A stretch of DNA of 64,000 nucleotides from assembly GCA_951406725.2 (NCBI GenBank), contig OX597815.1, positions 46,066,001 to 46,130,000 of the forward strand, written 5' to 3'. Made by a program: the position numbers and the translations under genes. The stretch is from Octopus vulgaris. Taxonomy: Eukaryota. Positions 26,260-40,692 of the stretch are shown here, piece after piece. Below the pieces are notes generated by a model. The model did no database searches and was not told the origin of the DNA. It saw nothing but the letters and a program-made list of their open reading frames with translations. How positions within the stretch are numbered: position 1 is the stretch's first letter; each line of letters starts with the position of its first letter.

Positions 26260-26646
26260 AAGAAAGGAAGGAAGAGGCAGAGAGAAAGGGAAAAGAAGAG
26301 GGAATGAGAAAAGAAAGTGGCAGATAGAAGTAGAGAAGAAGAGACTGAGAGTGGAAAAGTGCGCGAAAAGGAAACTGCAAAATTCGTCTAATAAAGATAC
26401 TGCAAAGTTAATTAATTTCTTTGATTTATGATCGGGGAGAAAAATATATCATTTAGAGATAAAAGATGGCGATGGTGGGTCCCTTTACATGGTGCTAATA
26501 ATAACATCCTGTTTAGATATAATTAACGTTAATAACCAATTAGTGGTCATGTCATTTCATTTACCGCTGACAGTTGTTTTTTCATTTATTTATTATTGTA
26601 ATTGGTTTTGTAATATACATATTCCTTACACACATATACACTCACG

Positions 26647-26732
<86 letters not shown>

Positions 26733-26903
26733 GTCTGTCTGTCTGTATGTCTGTCTGTCTGTCTATCTATCGATATATTTTCCTCTTTGTCATACACACA
26801 CATATATACATATATATATACATACATACGTCATACATACACTCTCACACACACGCACACATATTTGCCTACGTAAATATACGTGTGTATATATATATAT
26901 ATA

Positions 26904-26946
<43 letters not shown>

Positions 26947-27057
26947 CTATATATGTGTGTGTGTACGCTTGTATGCATACATATTTATATACACATTGTG
27001 CATATCTGTATATCTATCTATCTAATGTGTGTGTGTGTGAATGTATATGTATAGATC

Positions 27058-27107
<50 letters not shown>

Positions 27108-27820
27108 CATGTAAATATATATATACATGTATACATACATACACACACACGCACATACACATGTATACATCATATATTCTGTTATTTAGATTTAGATGTA
27201 GCGATAACAGTGTAATGGATTCGTGTGATATTTATTATTGGGTGATGTCAGTGAATCTACGTGTTGGCATTATCGATATATTGTCTTCTCTTAATAATTA
27301 TATTGTTATCAGTAATCTATATACAGCTATCAGATGTTGTAGCGACTGATGCGATCTTTGAATGTTCTCTGTGTGTGCCTGTTTGCGTAGAAGAGTCTCT
27401 GTATGTGTGTATAAATACTGTATGCGTGTGTGTGCGTGTGTACTTGTGTATTTGAGTGCATATTCATGATGGCTTAGCATACTGGTATATGCCTCTGTGT
27501 CGGTAAATGTAATTGAAGCGTAGCACACACACAAAGCTCAAAAATACAAATCAAACCAGAGAATGATAAGATTACCAAAATGAAGAAACAGTATCACTTG
27601 CGAGGGAAATTTAGATAACAAAATTAAATAATGGAAGCTAAGAACGGTGGAATGAAGTTCTGTTCTTTTGCTTTGTTTTTGTTTTGTTTAGTAAGACTAG
27701 AGCTGTACGGGCTTTACTTTCACATTTTAAGAGACTAGAGTATATATGTCTATATGCGCATGCACCTACACACACACACACACACACACACGCGCATATA
27801 TATATATATTTACAAACACG

Positions 27821-27852
<32 letters not shown>

Positions 27853-27874
27853 CATATATATACTCTTTACTCTC

Positions 27875-28240
27875 TTTTACTTGTTTCAGTCGTTTGACTG
27901 CGGAGCACCGCCTTTTAGTCGATCAAATCGAGCACAGGACTTATTCTTTGTAAGCCTAGTACTTATTCTATCGGTCTCTTTTGCCGAACTGCTAAGTTAC
28001 GCGAATGTAAACACACCAGCATCGGTTGTTAAGCGATGTTGGGGGAGAAACACAGACACACAAAGACACATATATAAATACACATATACATATATACGAC
28101 GGGCTTCTTTCAGTTTCCACCTACCAAATCCACTCACAAGGCTTTGGTCGGCCCGAAGCTGTAGTAGAAGATACATTGCCCAAGGTGCCGCGCAGTGGGA
28201 CTGAAACCGGAACCATGTGGTTGGTAAGCAAGCTACTTGC
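27875..28240 (-). mobile_element. SINE family B
   Basis: Reverse complement of the 46108 element. Confidence 0.9.
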
Positions 28241-28314
28241 CTACATATATACATATATACACAAAAATGTAGATATATTTACATATGCCTATATGCATGC
28301 ATTCATACACACAC

Positions 28315-28367
<53 letters not shown>

Positions 28368-28425
28368 CATACATATATTATATACTCTTTTACTATCTTT
28401 TACTTGTTTCAGACTGCCCTATATA

Positions 28426-28466
<41 letters not shown>

Positions 28467-28987
28467 AGGGCAGTCTTCCGTGTACAAAGTTGTATTAGCA
28501 ACTTGGTACACAGAAAGGATTGTATTATTAGCACGGTGGGACTGAACTTGAAACTACGTAATTGTAAGGTGAACTTCTTAACCATAGCCAATCAATATCG
28601 AAAGCTAAAGGAAGTTAGAATTTGATACGATGCTTTGGAGGGTTGTCTAAACTATTAATCTGTATTGGTTTATGTAGAAGCCTTCCTTTTATTAATGCTG
28701 AGTTTATATCAACACTGGGGAGAGCATTTAAGCATGTAGATTGGAAACCACAAGATATATCACAGATACAACAATAAACAGCAACTATGTTTCCAGTACT
28801 ATTCAAGTATTCCATCTGATGGTCAAACGTTTTGATGAGTGTTAATTAAAATAATTTATGTGAACTCTCAATGAATAAAGAAAAGATTCTTCTTCTTCTT
28901 CTTCTTCTTCTTCTTCTTCTTCTTCTTCTTCTTCTTCTTCTTCTTCTTCTTCTTCTTCTTCTTCTTCTTCTTCTTCTTCTTCTTCTT

Positions 28988-30462
28988 GCCTTTGCACAGC
29001 TTCTAACGCTGGAGATGTACTACAGTGTCAGCTGTTCACTACCAGTGAACTAAGGTAACACCTTATTTTTCGAGCACCTTCCGGAGTATTCGAGCGGCTC
29101 CAAGCAGTGCTATTTTCTGCAAGTGCTCCATCGTTATTGCAACCCCTATTTGTTCCACGTACTTCTCCAGATGTTTTCTCACTGTTCCCAGTGGTCCGAC
29201 AATTATTGGTATTACTGTTACCTTTTTCATCGACCACAACTGCTTTACTTTCCAAGCTAACTTTTCAAGCAACTTTTCTTTCTTCCTTATCGCATACCTT
29301 GTTGTCAGCTGGACGGGCTATATCAATGATCCAGCATAGTTTGTTTTCTTTCTCCGTTAAGACTATGTCCGGCTTCCTATTCTCTATCCCATGGTCGCAC
29401 TGAATCATAAAATCCCATAGGATCTTTGCATTTCTATTTTCGACGATGACTTCAGGTTTGTGGTCGTACCAATTTTTTTCATTATCAAGTCCCTTGTTGC
29501 AAAGTGTCCATATTGTCGTGGCGTCTCTTATATTCCTTCTGGGCGTGTGACGTACAATGGCTGGTAGTATGCCATACGGTTTCACCGTTTTGTCCACAGA
29601 TTCTGCAATTATCACTTTCTGATGTGTTGTCTATTCTGTAGTTTATGTAGTTTGTTCTTAGCGCTTGCTCTTGGGCAGCATAGATTAGAGCCTCCGTTTC
29701 AGGTTTTAAATCACTTTTAGTCATCCACAACCATCTTTTTTCTCTGTCTGTCTTATCTTCAATATCCCTATGAAATTGACCATGCATTCTTTTCTTTACC
29801 CACCTATTTTTAGTTTCATTCGTTCTCAATTTCTTGTATAGTGCTTTATTTTTATAATCTTTCATCCTACACACACCTGATCTTCTAATAATAGCGGTTC
29901 TGTGGCATTTTTTACATACCATACTATATTGCTTTCTTCTGCTCTAATGCTGGGTTCGCATCCAATAAGTTCTCTTCCCCCTCTTTTTCTTGGTATATAT
30001 AGTCTGCCTGTGTCACTTTTTGAGTGGAGTGACCTATATCTAGTTAGCAACTTCTTTGTCTTTCTGTTTAAGCTGTTTTGTTCTTCTACTGTACATGCGA
30101 TTACTCCTGCTCCATATCTAAGGAGTGAAACCGCCCAGGTATTGATAGCTTCGATCTCATTCCATCCGTTTAATTTCGACTTAAGGATCATTCTTAGTCT
30201 GCGCAAGTACTCCACCTTAAATTTTTCTGTCATCTCTTTCTCCATCAATTTATCAATTTCCAAAATCCCCAAGTACTTATAGCCCGTCTCTTCTATCTGC
30301 TTCTTAGCCTTCCCCGACGGTATCGTTAACCCGTCCATACATTTGATTTTGCCTCTCTTCAAGACTAACACCCCACACTTCTCAGTCCGAACTCCATTCT
30401 GATATCAGTACTGAAGGTATACACCGTATCAACGAGGGAACTGACTTGGGCTTCATCATAAA
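28988..30462 (-). mobile_element. 5'-truncated R4/Dong-clade non-LTR retrotransposon, family 1 (RT end, zinc knuckle, RLE), frameshifted
   Basis: DIRMEFG, YKYLG, AINTWAVSLLRYG, LYIPRKRGGR, MHGQF, AAQEQALRT, CRICG..ETVWH, RRHDN, KILWDF, RKPDIVL..IIDIA, IIVGPLG, ARILRKVL*. Microsatellite on both sides. Confidence 0.93.
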
Positions 30463-30463
30463 T

Positions 30464-30543
<80 letters not shown>

Positions 30544-30557
30544 TTATTATTATTATT

Positions 30558-31101
30558 GAGTGAGAGATCAGTGCATGCCAACAAAGTGACACTGAGGTAA
30601 AATATACAAAGCCCAGTATACCCATCATGACTACCCGTCCGATAAGGGGCACCAGGCACATGCATCACAACAATATATATGCGCGACAAGGCGATCTGAT
30701 ATCGAGATAAACAGCGTTTGACCTTGCAGGTGGGGCCCAGTTAGAATTTTCCTTAGGTCAAGTAGCCCAATGCTCAAAAAGTACCTAAATAAGGGTTGTT
30801 TAAGGATGTTGAACGAAATAGCCATGTTTCCAGAGGTGAAGTATTCAAACCCCAAAGAATCCCTCTCAACACATGGCTATGATACTCCCCCACTACTTCT
30901 GTTCGTGATCAGAGATGCACTAAGGTCATCGTCAGCTGCCAAGGGACATGCTTAAATGGTTAAGGTCAAAGAACTGACGAGCAAATCTGTGGTATCTGCT
31001 GTAGCCCATCTTTTATACCAAGAAAAATATATACTCGATAACACTTCCAATCAGTTAAGATTAGAAGCCATGAGAGCCACTGCCTGGTACTGAATCAGGG
31101 T
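30558..31101 (-). mobile_element. ~550-bp non-coding (AAT)n-targeted element, second full copy
   Basis: Reverse complement of 17868-18420, flanked by ATT/ATC repeats. Confidence 0.88.
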
Positions 31102-31121
31102 ATTTATCATCATCATCATCA

Positions 31122-31173
<52 letters not shown>

Positions 31174-31185
31174 TATTATTACTAT

Positions 31186-31256
<71 letters not shown>

Positions 31257-31361
31257 TTATTATTATTATTATTTTTATTATTATTATTGTTGTTGTTGTT
31301 GTTGTTATTATTATTATTATCATTATCATTATTTTTATTGTTGTTGTTGTTATTTTTGTTG

Positions 31362-31443
<82 letters not shown>

Positions 31444-31445
<2 letters not shown>

Positions 31446-31942
31446 GTTTGACTTTTGCTTTATATTTGTACAAGTTGGCTCCAAGTCTCACCCGGAGACC
31501 TCAAGAGACAACAGGTTGGAAGTTCACGTTGTTGTTATGCCTAGTGTGCCATATATTTGGTTGTTTTTTGTGTTGTACTGGTGGATGTCTAAAAAAAAAT
31601 GTTTGTTTTAAACCTTGATATTACATAGAAAGTATTTTGCGTAGGATATGAGCAGCTCCCATGAGCACTATCTTTTGAATTTCTGCCATATTTGGGTTTC
31701 CTGGTATCTGAGTTAGGTAGCTATCAGCCCCTTTTGTTATCATTCTCAGGGCACCTATGACAACAGGTATTGTTTTAGTCTTCAGGTTCCACATTTTGCT
31801 GATTTCTATTTCAAGATCTTTATATTTGCTCAGTTTTTGGTAGGTCTTGACAGATACGTTTATATCGATTGGGACAGTCATATCAATGAGGAGGCATGTT
31901 CTTTGTTTGAAGTCTTTCAATATGATGTCTGGCATATTTGCA
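31444..31942 (-). mobile_element. R4/Dong LINE 3' fragment, family 2 (RLE domain plus 3' UTR)
   Basis: PDIILKD..CLLIDMTVP..KLSKYKDL..IPVVIGAL..AHILRKILSM*. Flanked by (ATT)n and (ATC)n. Confidence 0.92.
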
Positions 31943-31943
31943 T

Positions 31944-31987
<44 letters not shown>

Positions 31988-32001
31988 CATCCTCATCCTC
32001 A

Positions 32002-32037
<36 letters not shown>

Positions 32038-32167
32038 GTATTAGTATTACTATTATTATTACTATTATTATTATTATTACTATTATTATTACTATTATTA
32101 TTATTATTACTATTATTATTACTATTATTATTATTATTACTATTATTACTATTATTATTATTATTAC

Positions 32168-32228
<61 letters not shown>

Positions 32229-32495
32229 TTACAGTTATAGTATTTTATGAAGCAGAATAGGGAATCTGGACCAGTTATGTTCACTTGTTGATCTGATTAA
32301 ACGAGAAGTCTTAATGGACGAGCAGATAATTCCTATTGCCACCTTTAACATTTTCCAATAAAAATACTATCACTACCACCAAGCACAGCCACACCCCCCA
32401 CCACCACAACGCTCGTTGCAGCCGCCGTAGTCGACGCCATCATCACCATCTTCAGCAATATCGTTATCATCGTCATCATTGTCATCATCACTACG

Positions 32496-32531
<36 letters not shown>

Positions 32532-32753
32532 GTCGTCGTCGTCTTTATCGTCAATAGCAGAAACATAAATTCTATCTGCAGCATCTCAGCATCACGAAGC
32601 ACATTTCATGCGGATGAAAGATGTGAGGTAAGGAGGAATTTGTTACACATCAACAATCCCCGTTTTCCCCAATTCTACTTCACAGCAGAACAGGTAAGAA
32701 GACAGATAATCATGGCAGAGATTGATAGAAGGATAGCCCGGTCGATCTCCCCC

Positions 32754-32854
<101 letters not shown>

Positions 32855-32935
32855 TGGATAGCTAGACAGATAAAGAAACAGAGTTTTATACACAAGTAGA
32901 CACACACATACACACACATATATATAAAGAGAGTA

Positions 32936-33021
<86 letters not shown>

Positions 33022-33347
33022 AGAGAAAAACAATGAGAGGAAATAAGAGAATAAAAAGGGAAGAATATATGATCGATATATTGGCGAGATAACCCGAGGA
33101 GAATATAAGAAATATTTTTAGGCTGGGAAACAGGAAGATGATAGATTAGCAGACACGAGAATTGAACTGAATAAACTTGTAGAAGAATTCAATAAAGGAA
33201 AAGAACGAGTGATTTAATGGAATACTAATTGACCTAATTAGAAACTGAACGACCTAGAGAAAAAAACGACCTACTAACGGTGCAGAAGTCTGCAACAAGA
33301 GATATCCATTGTAATAGTTGATCTTCTTAAGAGTGTTAGATATCACA

Positions 33348-33559
33348 GCAAGGGTATTCCTCCTCACTTGTATCCTTGGGACAGGAACCTAATTCTATGG
33401 TTTCACAACATTTGAAAACTTTGTTGTTATTAATATTGACATTGCCTTAATCATATGTGTGTGTGTGTATGTGCATATATATATATATATATATATAAAT
33501 ATATATATAAATATATATATAAATATATATATAAATATATATATAAATATATATATATA

Positions 33560-33595
<36 letters not shown>

Positions 33596-33714
33596 TGTGA
33601 GTGTGTGTGTGTGTGTGTATACATACAAGGGTATTCCTCACTTGTATCCGTGGGAAAGAACCTAATTCTATGGTTTCATATTTGAAAACGTTATTATTAT
33701 TAATATCGACATTG
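33348..33714. repeat. ~95-bp direct repeat pair (33348-33444 and 33625-33714)
   Basis: Both read CAAGGGTATTCCTC..ACTTGTATCC.TGGGA.A..AACCTAATTCTATGGTTTCA..ATTTGAAAAC..TTATTAATAT.GACATTG. Confidence 0.85.
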
Positions 33715-33744
33715 TGATACACACACACACACACATATATATAT

Positions 33745-33817
<73 letters not shown>

Positions 33818-34096
33818 CAAATATATGTAAGTATGTATGTCTGTACACAGACACACACACACATATATATATATTTATTCATTAGGCGTTGTGATTCTTA
33901 TGTATTATTTATAAGTCTGTTTACACAGTCATTCGATGCTAAATCGTTATTTCTTCACTTTCATGTTTCATGTTTCATGTCTTTTCAGGCAATTTATCTG
34001 TTGATTATTGATGTTGCATGTTTTATGCACCCCAGTGCACCTCTCATGTATATAATTACATACGTATTGAAGTACTTATGTATCTATTATCATTAC

Positions 34097-34222
<126 letters not shown>

Positions 34223-34228
34223 CCTTAC

Positions 34229-34297
<69 letters not shown>

Positions 34298-34330
34298 CAT
34301 TATAATTATCATTATTATTATTATTATTCT

Positions 34331-34705
34331 ATGTTTGACTTTTGCTTTATGTCTGTACAAGTTGGCTCCAAGTCTCACCCAGAGACCTCAAGAGACAACA
34401 GGTTGGAAGTTCTGTGCCATATATTTGGGGTTTTTTTTTTTGGTGTTGTACTAGTGAATGTCTAATACATAAAAATAAAATTGGAAAAAAAAAAAAAAAT
34501 TATATAAAAAAAAGTTTGTTTTAAACCTTGGGATTACATAGAGAGTATTTTGCGTAGGATATGAGCAGTTCCCATGAGCACTATCTTTTGAATTTCTGCC
34601 ATTTTGGGGTTTCCTGGTATCTTAGTTAGGTAGCAATCAGTCCCTTTCGCTATCATTCCCAGGGCACCTATGACAACAGGTATTGTTTTAGTCTTCAGCT
34701 TCCAC
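34331..34705 (-). mobile_element. R4/Dong LINE 3' fragment, family 2, shorter copy
   Basis: Highly similar to 31444-31790, flanked by (ATT)n. Confidence 0.9.
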
Positions 34706-34725
34706 TATTATTATTATTATTATTG

Positions 34726-35050
34726 AGTGGATTTGGTAGCCGGAAAATGAGAGAAGCCCGTCGTATATATGTATATTTATATATGTATGTGTGTGTTTGT
34801 GTGTCTGTGTTTGTTTCCCCCCCCCCCACCAACATCACTTGACAACCGATACTGGTGTGTTTACGTCCCCGTAACTTAGCGGTTTGTGGAAAGTGATCAA
34901 TAGAATAAGTACTAGGCTTACAAAGAATAAGTACTAGGCTTACAAAGAATAAGTCCTGGGGTCGATTTGCCTGGCTAAAGGCGGTGCTCCAGTATGGACT
35001 AAACCCTTGAGATGGTTGCAGTCAAATGACTGAAACAAGTAAAATAGTAA
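34726..35050 (+). mobile_element. SINE family B, head missing
   Basis: GAGTGGATTTGGTAG...AATGACTGAAACAAGTAAAA, with an internal tandem duplication of AGAATAAGTACTAGGCTTACAA. Confidence 0.85.
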
Positions 35051-35060
35051 AAAGGGAGAG

Positions 35061-35310
35061 TATATATAAAACTGAGAATGTGTGTCTGTCTGTCTGCATC
35101 TCTAAAACTCGAGAACTACCCGACCGATTTCATTCAAATTTTGCACATGCCTCACTTAAGGTCCATGCAGCATCATGGGCCCCAATAATTTTTAATCTCT
35201 TATCTCTTACAGTATTCAATGTTACGTGTCAAAAGTGAAACATTAGCATCTCTATTGTAATGTGAGATGATACTTTTAATCTTAATTGTGTAACTACTGA
35301 TACTTTCACT
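35061..35310 (+). mobile_element. Possible Helitron-type non-autonomous 5' fragment
   Basis: TATATATAAAA...(GTCT)n...CCGATTTCATTCAAATTT layout. No 3' terminus identified. Confidence 0.35.
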
Positions 35311-35348
35311 ATGATATATTTATTCATGTATATGTATGTATATGTATG

Positions 35349-35455
<107 letters not shown>

Positions 35456-35790
35456 ATGTATGTATATATATATATATGTATATATATATATGCATATATA
35501 TATATAAATATATATCTGTATATGCGTGTATATATATATATATATATATATACATATTTACCTATGTATATTTATGTGTATATATATGTGTGTGTATATA
35601 TGTATATATATGTATATATATATTTATGTATATATGTATATATATATATGTATGTATATATGTGTATATGTATATATATATGTATATGTATTATATATTT
35701 ATGTATATATGTATATATATATATGTATGTATATATGTGTATATGTATATATATATGTATATAGGTGTATACATATATATATGTATATAT

Positions 35791-36008
35791 ATAAAGTTAA
35801 TCCAAACAAGAAAGCACAAAAAAACACAACAACGCGAGGGCGTGGAACAAATATAGTATTATTGGACGCTCAGGAAAGAAGGAAAGAAGGAGGGTTTAAC
35901 GTTTCGAGCGGAGCTCTTCGTCGGAAACATAGGAGAAGGGAAGATCCAGAGAAGGGAAGACAGAGGAAAAAAAATCGTCAACGGTACACACGAGGCCACA
36001 TTTTGAAA
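35791..36008 (-). mobile_element. Short Penelope-like pseudo-LTR element in (TA)n, with minimal hammerhead at 35894-35928
   Basis: GTTT-CCGACGA-A-GAGC-TCC-GCTC-GAAA-C-GTT-AAAC. Related to 55933-56140. Confidence 0.7.
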
Positions 36009-36489
36009 TATATATACACACACATATATATATAAATATATATACACATTATGTATATATATATGTGTGTGTATATATATGTATATAGACATATGTATAT
36101 ATATATGTATATATATATGTATGCATATATATTTTTTGTTTTCATTTGTCTCAGTCATTTGATTGCGGCCATGCCGGAGCACCGCCAATAGTCGACCGAA
36201 TTAACCCCTATACTTATTCTTTATAAGCTTAGTACTTCTATATGGAGAATCTCTGTATCTCACTTGTGAACTATATATATATATATATATGTGTTTGTGT
36301 GCATGTACGCGCGCACGCATGAGTATGTGCTTGAATATATATATAGATGTGTGTATTTGTGCGTGCGTGCGTGGCAACTATGTGATCGACATCACCGTGC
36401 GATATCTTACGCAAATATATTTTACGGCTCAAATTCCAGAAGTTTTTAAAGACATTTTCAGGAGAAACATTAATTAATTTTGAAGAAAT

Positions 36490-37460
36490 ATATAACTCTA
36501 ATATCCTTCAAAGTAGAATCCTTTCACTTGAATGCATTTGTTGCGTTCCAGCCACTTTGAAAAGGCCTCGTTGAAGTCTTTCAAAGTGAAGACGTCCAGC
36601 TTCCTTCATCTTCATCTTAGAAAACAACCAAAGGTCACAGGGAACACGGTTTAGACTGTATGGAGCGCGCGGGATAGTTTTGATGCCCGTCTCTATCAAG
36701 TAGTTGGCTATCAGGATGGAATTGTGGACTGGCGCGTTGTCCTAGTGTAGGTTCTCTGGCGTTTAGCAACGAAATCTCTTCCCGAACACCCTCAAAACTT
36801 CCACAAAGTACCGTAAATCCTCGAGTATAATCCGCATTTGTTTCCCAAAATTTCAAGGTCAAAATCCCTAGTGCGTACTATATACGAGGTTAAAAATGAA
36901 AAATATTTTCTAAGCAATGTCCGAGTCTCTATTTGCTCTCCGGCAATGTTTATTCAGACGCATTTTGTGATGTGGGCGCGAAAATACTTTAAGCTAAGCC
37001 TGAAAGCAATGAAGTCATAAAAGAATCATCCATAACTTGCAGTAAGCAACATTTATTAAAATAAAAGTATTCAGAACACAGAATAAACATGTAACAAAAA
37101 CAATTTGCAAACGTATTTATATTCCCATATAACAGTTAAGCACATCCCCATAATTGTATTACGCATGCGCGAAAGTGTTTGCTCGACTAGGTGCTGCTGG
37201 TTTAATTACGCACGACTCATGTTAGAGAAGTGGTGCGTATTATACACAAGGTTTAGGTTTTTCAGGGGTACAGTCCCCTAAAAAAAACCCTGCGTATTAT
37301 AATCAAGGGCGGACTATACTCGAGGATTTACGGTATTCTTTGTTTAACGTCTGTCAAAAAGGAACCCAGTGAATATAGATGGTGACTTTGCTGTCGAAAA
37401 AGGAATCATCATCAACCTCTCTGGGGACTTGCTCTGTGTGGCCTCTGGTGCCAGTGAACA
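36490..37460 (-). mobile_element. Decayed mariner transposase split by a MITE
   Basis: LMMIPF, IHWVP, TLNKEY | FVEVLR, DNAPVH, PYSLNRVPCDLWLFSKMK. Confidence 0.85.
36811..37333. mobile_element. 523-bp MITE, Tc1/mariner superfamily (pogo/Tc2-like CCGTA ends)
   Basis: TIRs CCGTAAATCCTCGAGTATA / TATACTCGAGGATTTACGG, TA on both sides, subterminal TGCGTA(C/T)TATA repeats. Confidence 0.92.
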
Positions 37461-37701
37461 ACAGATGTTCGGCTCATACAAGTTAATAAGTAATATGGAG
37501 CATTTCATAAATTTTTGTATGGTTTTGCCGAATTTAACACAAAATTATTGCGTAGCGAGCTTCAAAATTGACTTCACGTCCGATTGCATTCTGCAAACTA
37601 AACTTTGACACGCATTATTTAGCAAGGTGTGTTAACAGTGCTATTACAGCAATCTGGAATAACAAAACTTGGCATATCAGCTTAACAGATCTATATTAAT
37701 G

Positions 37702-37998
37702 TGGAGGCACATGGCCTAGTGGTTAGAGCAGCGGACTCGCAGTTGAGGGATCGCGGGTTCGAATCTCAGACCGGGCGATGTGTGTATTTATGAGCGAAAC
37801 ACCTAAGCTCCACGCGGCTCCAGCAGAAGGTAATGGCGAACTTCTGCTGACTCTTTCGCCACAACTTTCTCTCACTCTTTCCGCCTGCATCTTGCAGCTC
37901 ACCTGCGACGGACCGGCGACCCGTCCAGGTGGGGGAACCTATATGCCAAGGAAACCGGGAAACCGGCCCTATGAGCCAGACATGGCTTGAGAAGGAAC
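37702..37998 (+). mobile_element. SINE family C, tail variant 2, full length with 13-bp TSD
   Basis: A box TGGCCTAGTGG, B box GGTTCGAATCT. TSD ATCTATATTAATG at 37689-37701 and 37999-38011. Confidence 0.95.
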
Positions 37999-38733
37999 AT
38001 CTATATTAATGATATTCTTAAATTATTATAATCTAGGACAGTTTTAACTGCCTCTCCTAAATATATCTCAAAACTTCTGGAATGCACTTTGTATCTTTGC
38101 TGCGATCTTTGTGGCGACCCAAACAAATTCTGTGAGTCAAACTTGGTTGACGTGAACAATATGAAAACCCATCAGATTTATCTGTAGTCAAATCTTAACA
38201 AACTGTATGACGCTGACTTTACCCGAAGATTTCATTAAAGATGCATGTGTCAGCGGAATACTCAGTCATTCAAACTATCAAAAGATGAGAGATCCCATCA
38301 TCATCGTCATTATCACCCTCTGCCACTTCCATCGCCTCGTCCACATCATTACCATCGTTATCCTCATCTTCGTCATAAACTTATGCACAATAAACTTGAC
38401 TCTACATTTGGTTTTGAGTCACCTGCATTAATAAATGTTCTGTTGTTATTCTTCAACTTGGTTTCAAATAAGAATCTTATTTTAACATCTGCTGCCAACA
38501 CCTGGCTACGGTAAAAGGTAAAATAAGCTTGAGCGAATCTGGAAATGAGAATGTTAAATCATTACCACAAAATACCTTGAATTTCCTTAAAACAAATATG
38601 TCCTCCCCCCCACACACATATACGCACATACACTCGTATGTATGTGTGCATACATGTGTGTATGTATAAATGCATATATGTATGTATATGTGTACATATA
38701 TATATACATATATACATATGCCGTATACATACA

Positions 38734-38769
<36 letters not shown>

Positions 38770-38805
38770 TATATACATGTACATAAATACAAATATATAT
38801 ACATA

Positions 38806-39100
38806 TCATCACGTCATCACGTGGCTGACCAGTCCATCAGATGTAGTTACACATCGCTGGTCACAATGCGTTCGCATTGTTTTAGCCTTCGAATGACGCT
38901 ACCCCGCTGGCTAAGCGAGCAGGCCAACAGAAGAAAGAGTGGGAGAAAGAGTGGTGAAAGAGTACAGCAGGGATCACCACCCCCTGCCGGAGCCTCGTGG
39001 AGCTTTTAGGTGTTTTCGCTCAATAAACACTCACAACGCCCGGTCTGGGAATCGAAATCGCGAGTCCGCTGCCCTAACCACTAGGCCATTGCGCCTCCAC
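38806..39100 (-). mobile_element. SINE family C, tail variant 3
   Basis: Same head as 179 and 37702. Near-identical to 61818-62108. Confidence 0.9.
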
Positions 39101-39147
39101 ATATATATATATATATATATACATATAGACATACATATATACATACA

Positions 39148-39231
<84 letters not shown>

Positions 39232-39381
39232 TACACTCACACGCACGCAAATGTATGCATATATTTATGCGTGTGTTTCTGTGCATGTGTCGGCATGTGT
39301 ATGTGTGTGTGTGTATGTCTGTATTCATGTAGACACACACACACACGCACACATACGCACACATACGCACGCACACACCCG

Positions 39382-39441
<60 letters not shown>

Positions 39442-39452
39442 AATAAATATTT

Positions 39453-39684
39453 AGGCGGCGAGCTGGCAGAAACGGTAGCACGCCGGGCGAAATGCGTAGC
39501 CGTATTTCGTCTGCCGTTACGTTCTGAGTTCAAACCCCGCCGAGGTCGAATTTGCCTTTCATCCTTTCGGGGTCGATAAATTAAGTACCAGTTACGCACT
39601 GGGGATCGATGGAATCGACTTAATCGCTTTGTCTGTCCTTGTTTGTCCCCTCTGTGTTTAGCCCCTTGTGGGTAGTAAAGAAAT
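39453..39684 (+). mobile_element. SINE family A, full length
   Basis: GGCGGCGAGCTGGCAGAA...GAGTTCAAACCCC...GCCCCTTGTGGGTAGTAAAGAAATA. Confidence 0.92.
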
Positions 39685-40429
39685 ATATATATAAATAAAT
39701 ATATACGCATTTGTGCATATAATACACATAAATATATATCATAGACTTATGCATACATATATACATCACAATCCGTATTGCATATGCACATATATATTGT
39801 ATTTACATAAAAATATGCAACCTGTCCAAGCAGCGCTAATGACCCACGAACGATGGAATATCGAAGATACTGCTGATAACTTTACAACACTCTACCGACA
39901 TATACATCTCGAGCTTTATGTAGGTAATCGCCATGGTCATTGATAATATAGTTTATATAATAAGTTTACATATATAATAAGAGGTAGATAGATTGACAGA
40001 CACACAAAATGAATGTATTAACACATACATAACTACACACACTGAATCTCGCATACAACCCAGACTTAGAAAACGAGTATGAACGAGTGCGTACCTCTCG
40101 AGTGCACAGATGTATTTTGGCACTGGATAATTCAGTGAACCAGCTAATGGCATCTTTGACCGACCTCACTTCGACTATCCAGTGAAGCATGTGCGTGTGT
40201 GTGTCTTTATGTATTTATGATATGCTTAAATGTATATATATATATGTATATATATATATACTTATATATGCTTATGAGTATATGTTTAAATATATTTGTA
40301 TATGCATATGGGTATGATGATGCAAACAGGAAAAAAAAGAAATCAGAATATGAATGTATGGATATTTTCATTAATATTTAGCAGAAACAACAGAGTGACT
40401 GAAGGGTCGAGAGTTTCATGCGTTGCCAC

Positions 40430-40508
<79 letters not shown>

Positions 40509-40651
40509 CGGTAAAACTTACTTGGAAAGGGATGAGCGGCGTTCGATCATATAATAATATAAATAATATATAAATATATACATATATACATACATATATG
40601 TACATACCTACATATATATGTATATATACATGCATATATGGGCACAGGACA

Positions 40652-40692
<41 letters not shown>

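Noticed and set aside
25418-26380. 320-aa ORF on the minus strand
   Set aside because: Derived from a GA-rich low-complexity tract plus (AAT)n, where stops are depleted by composition.
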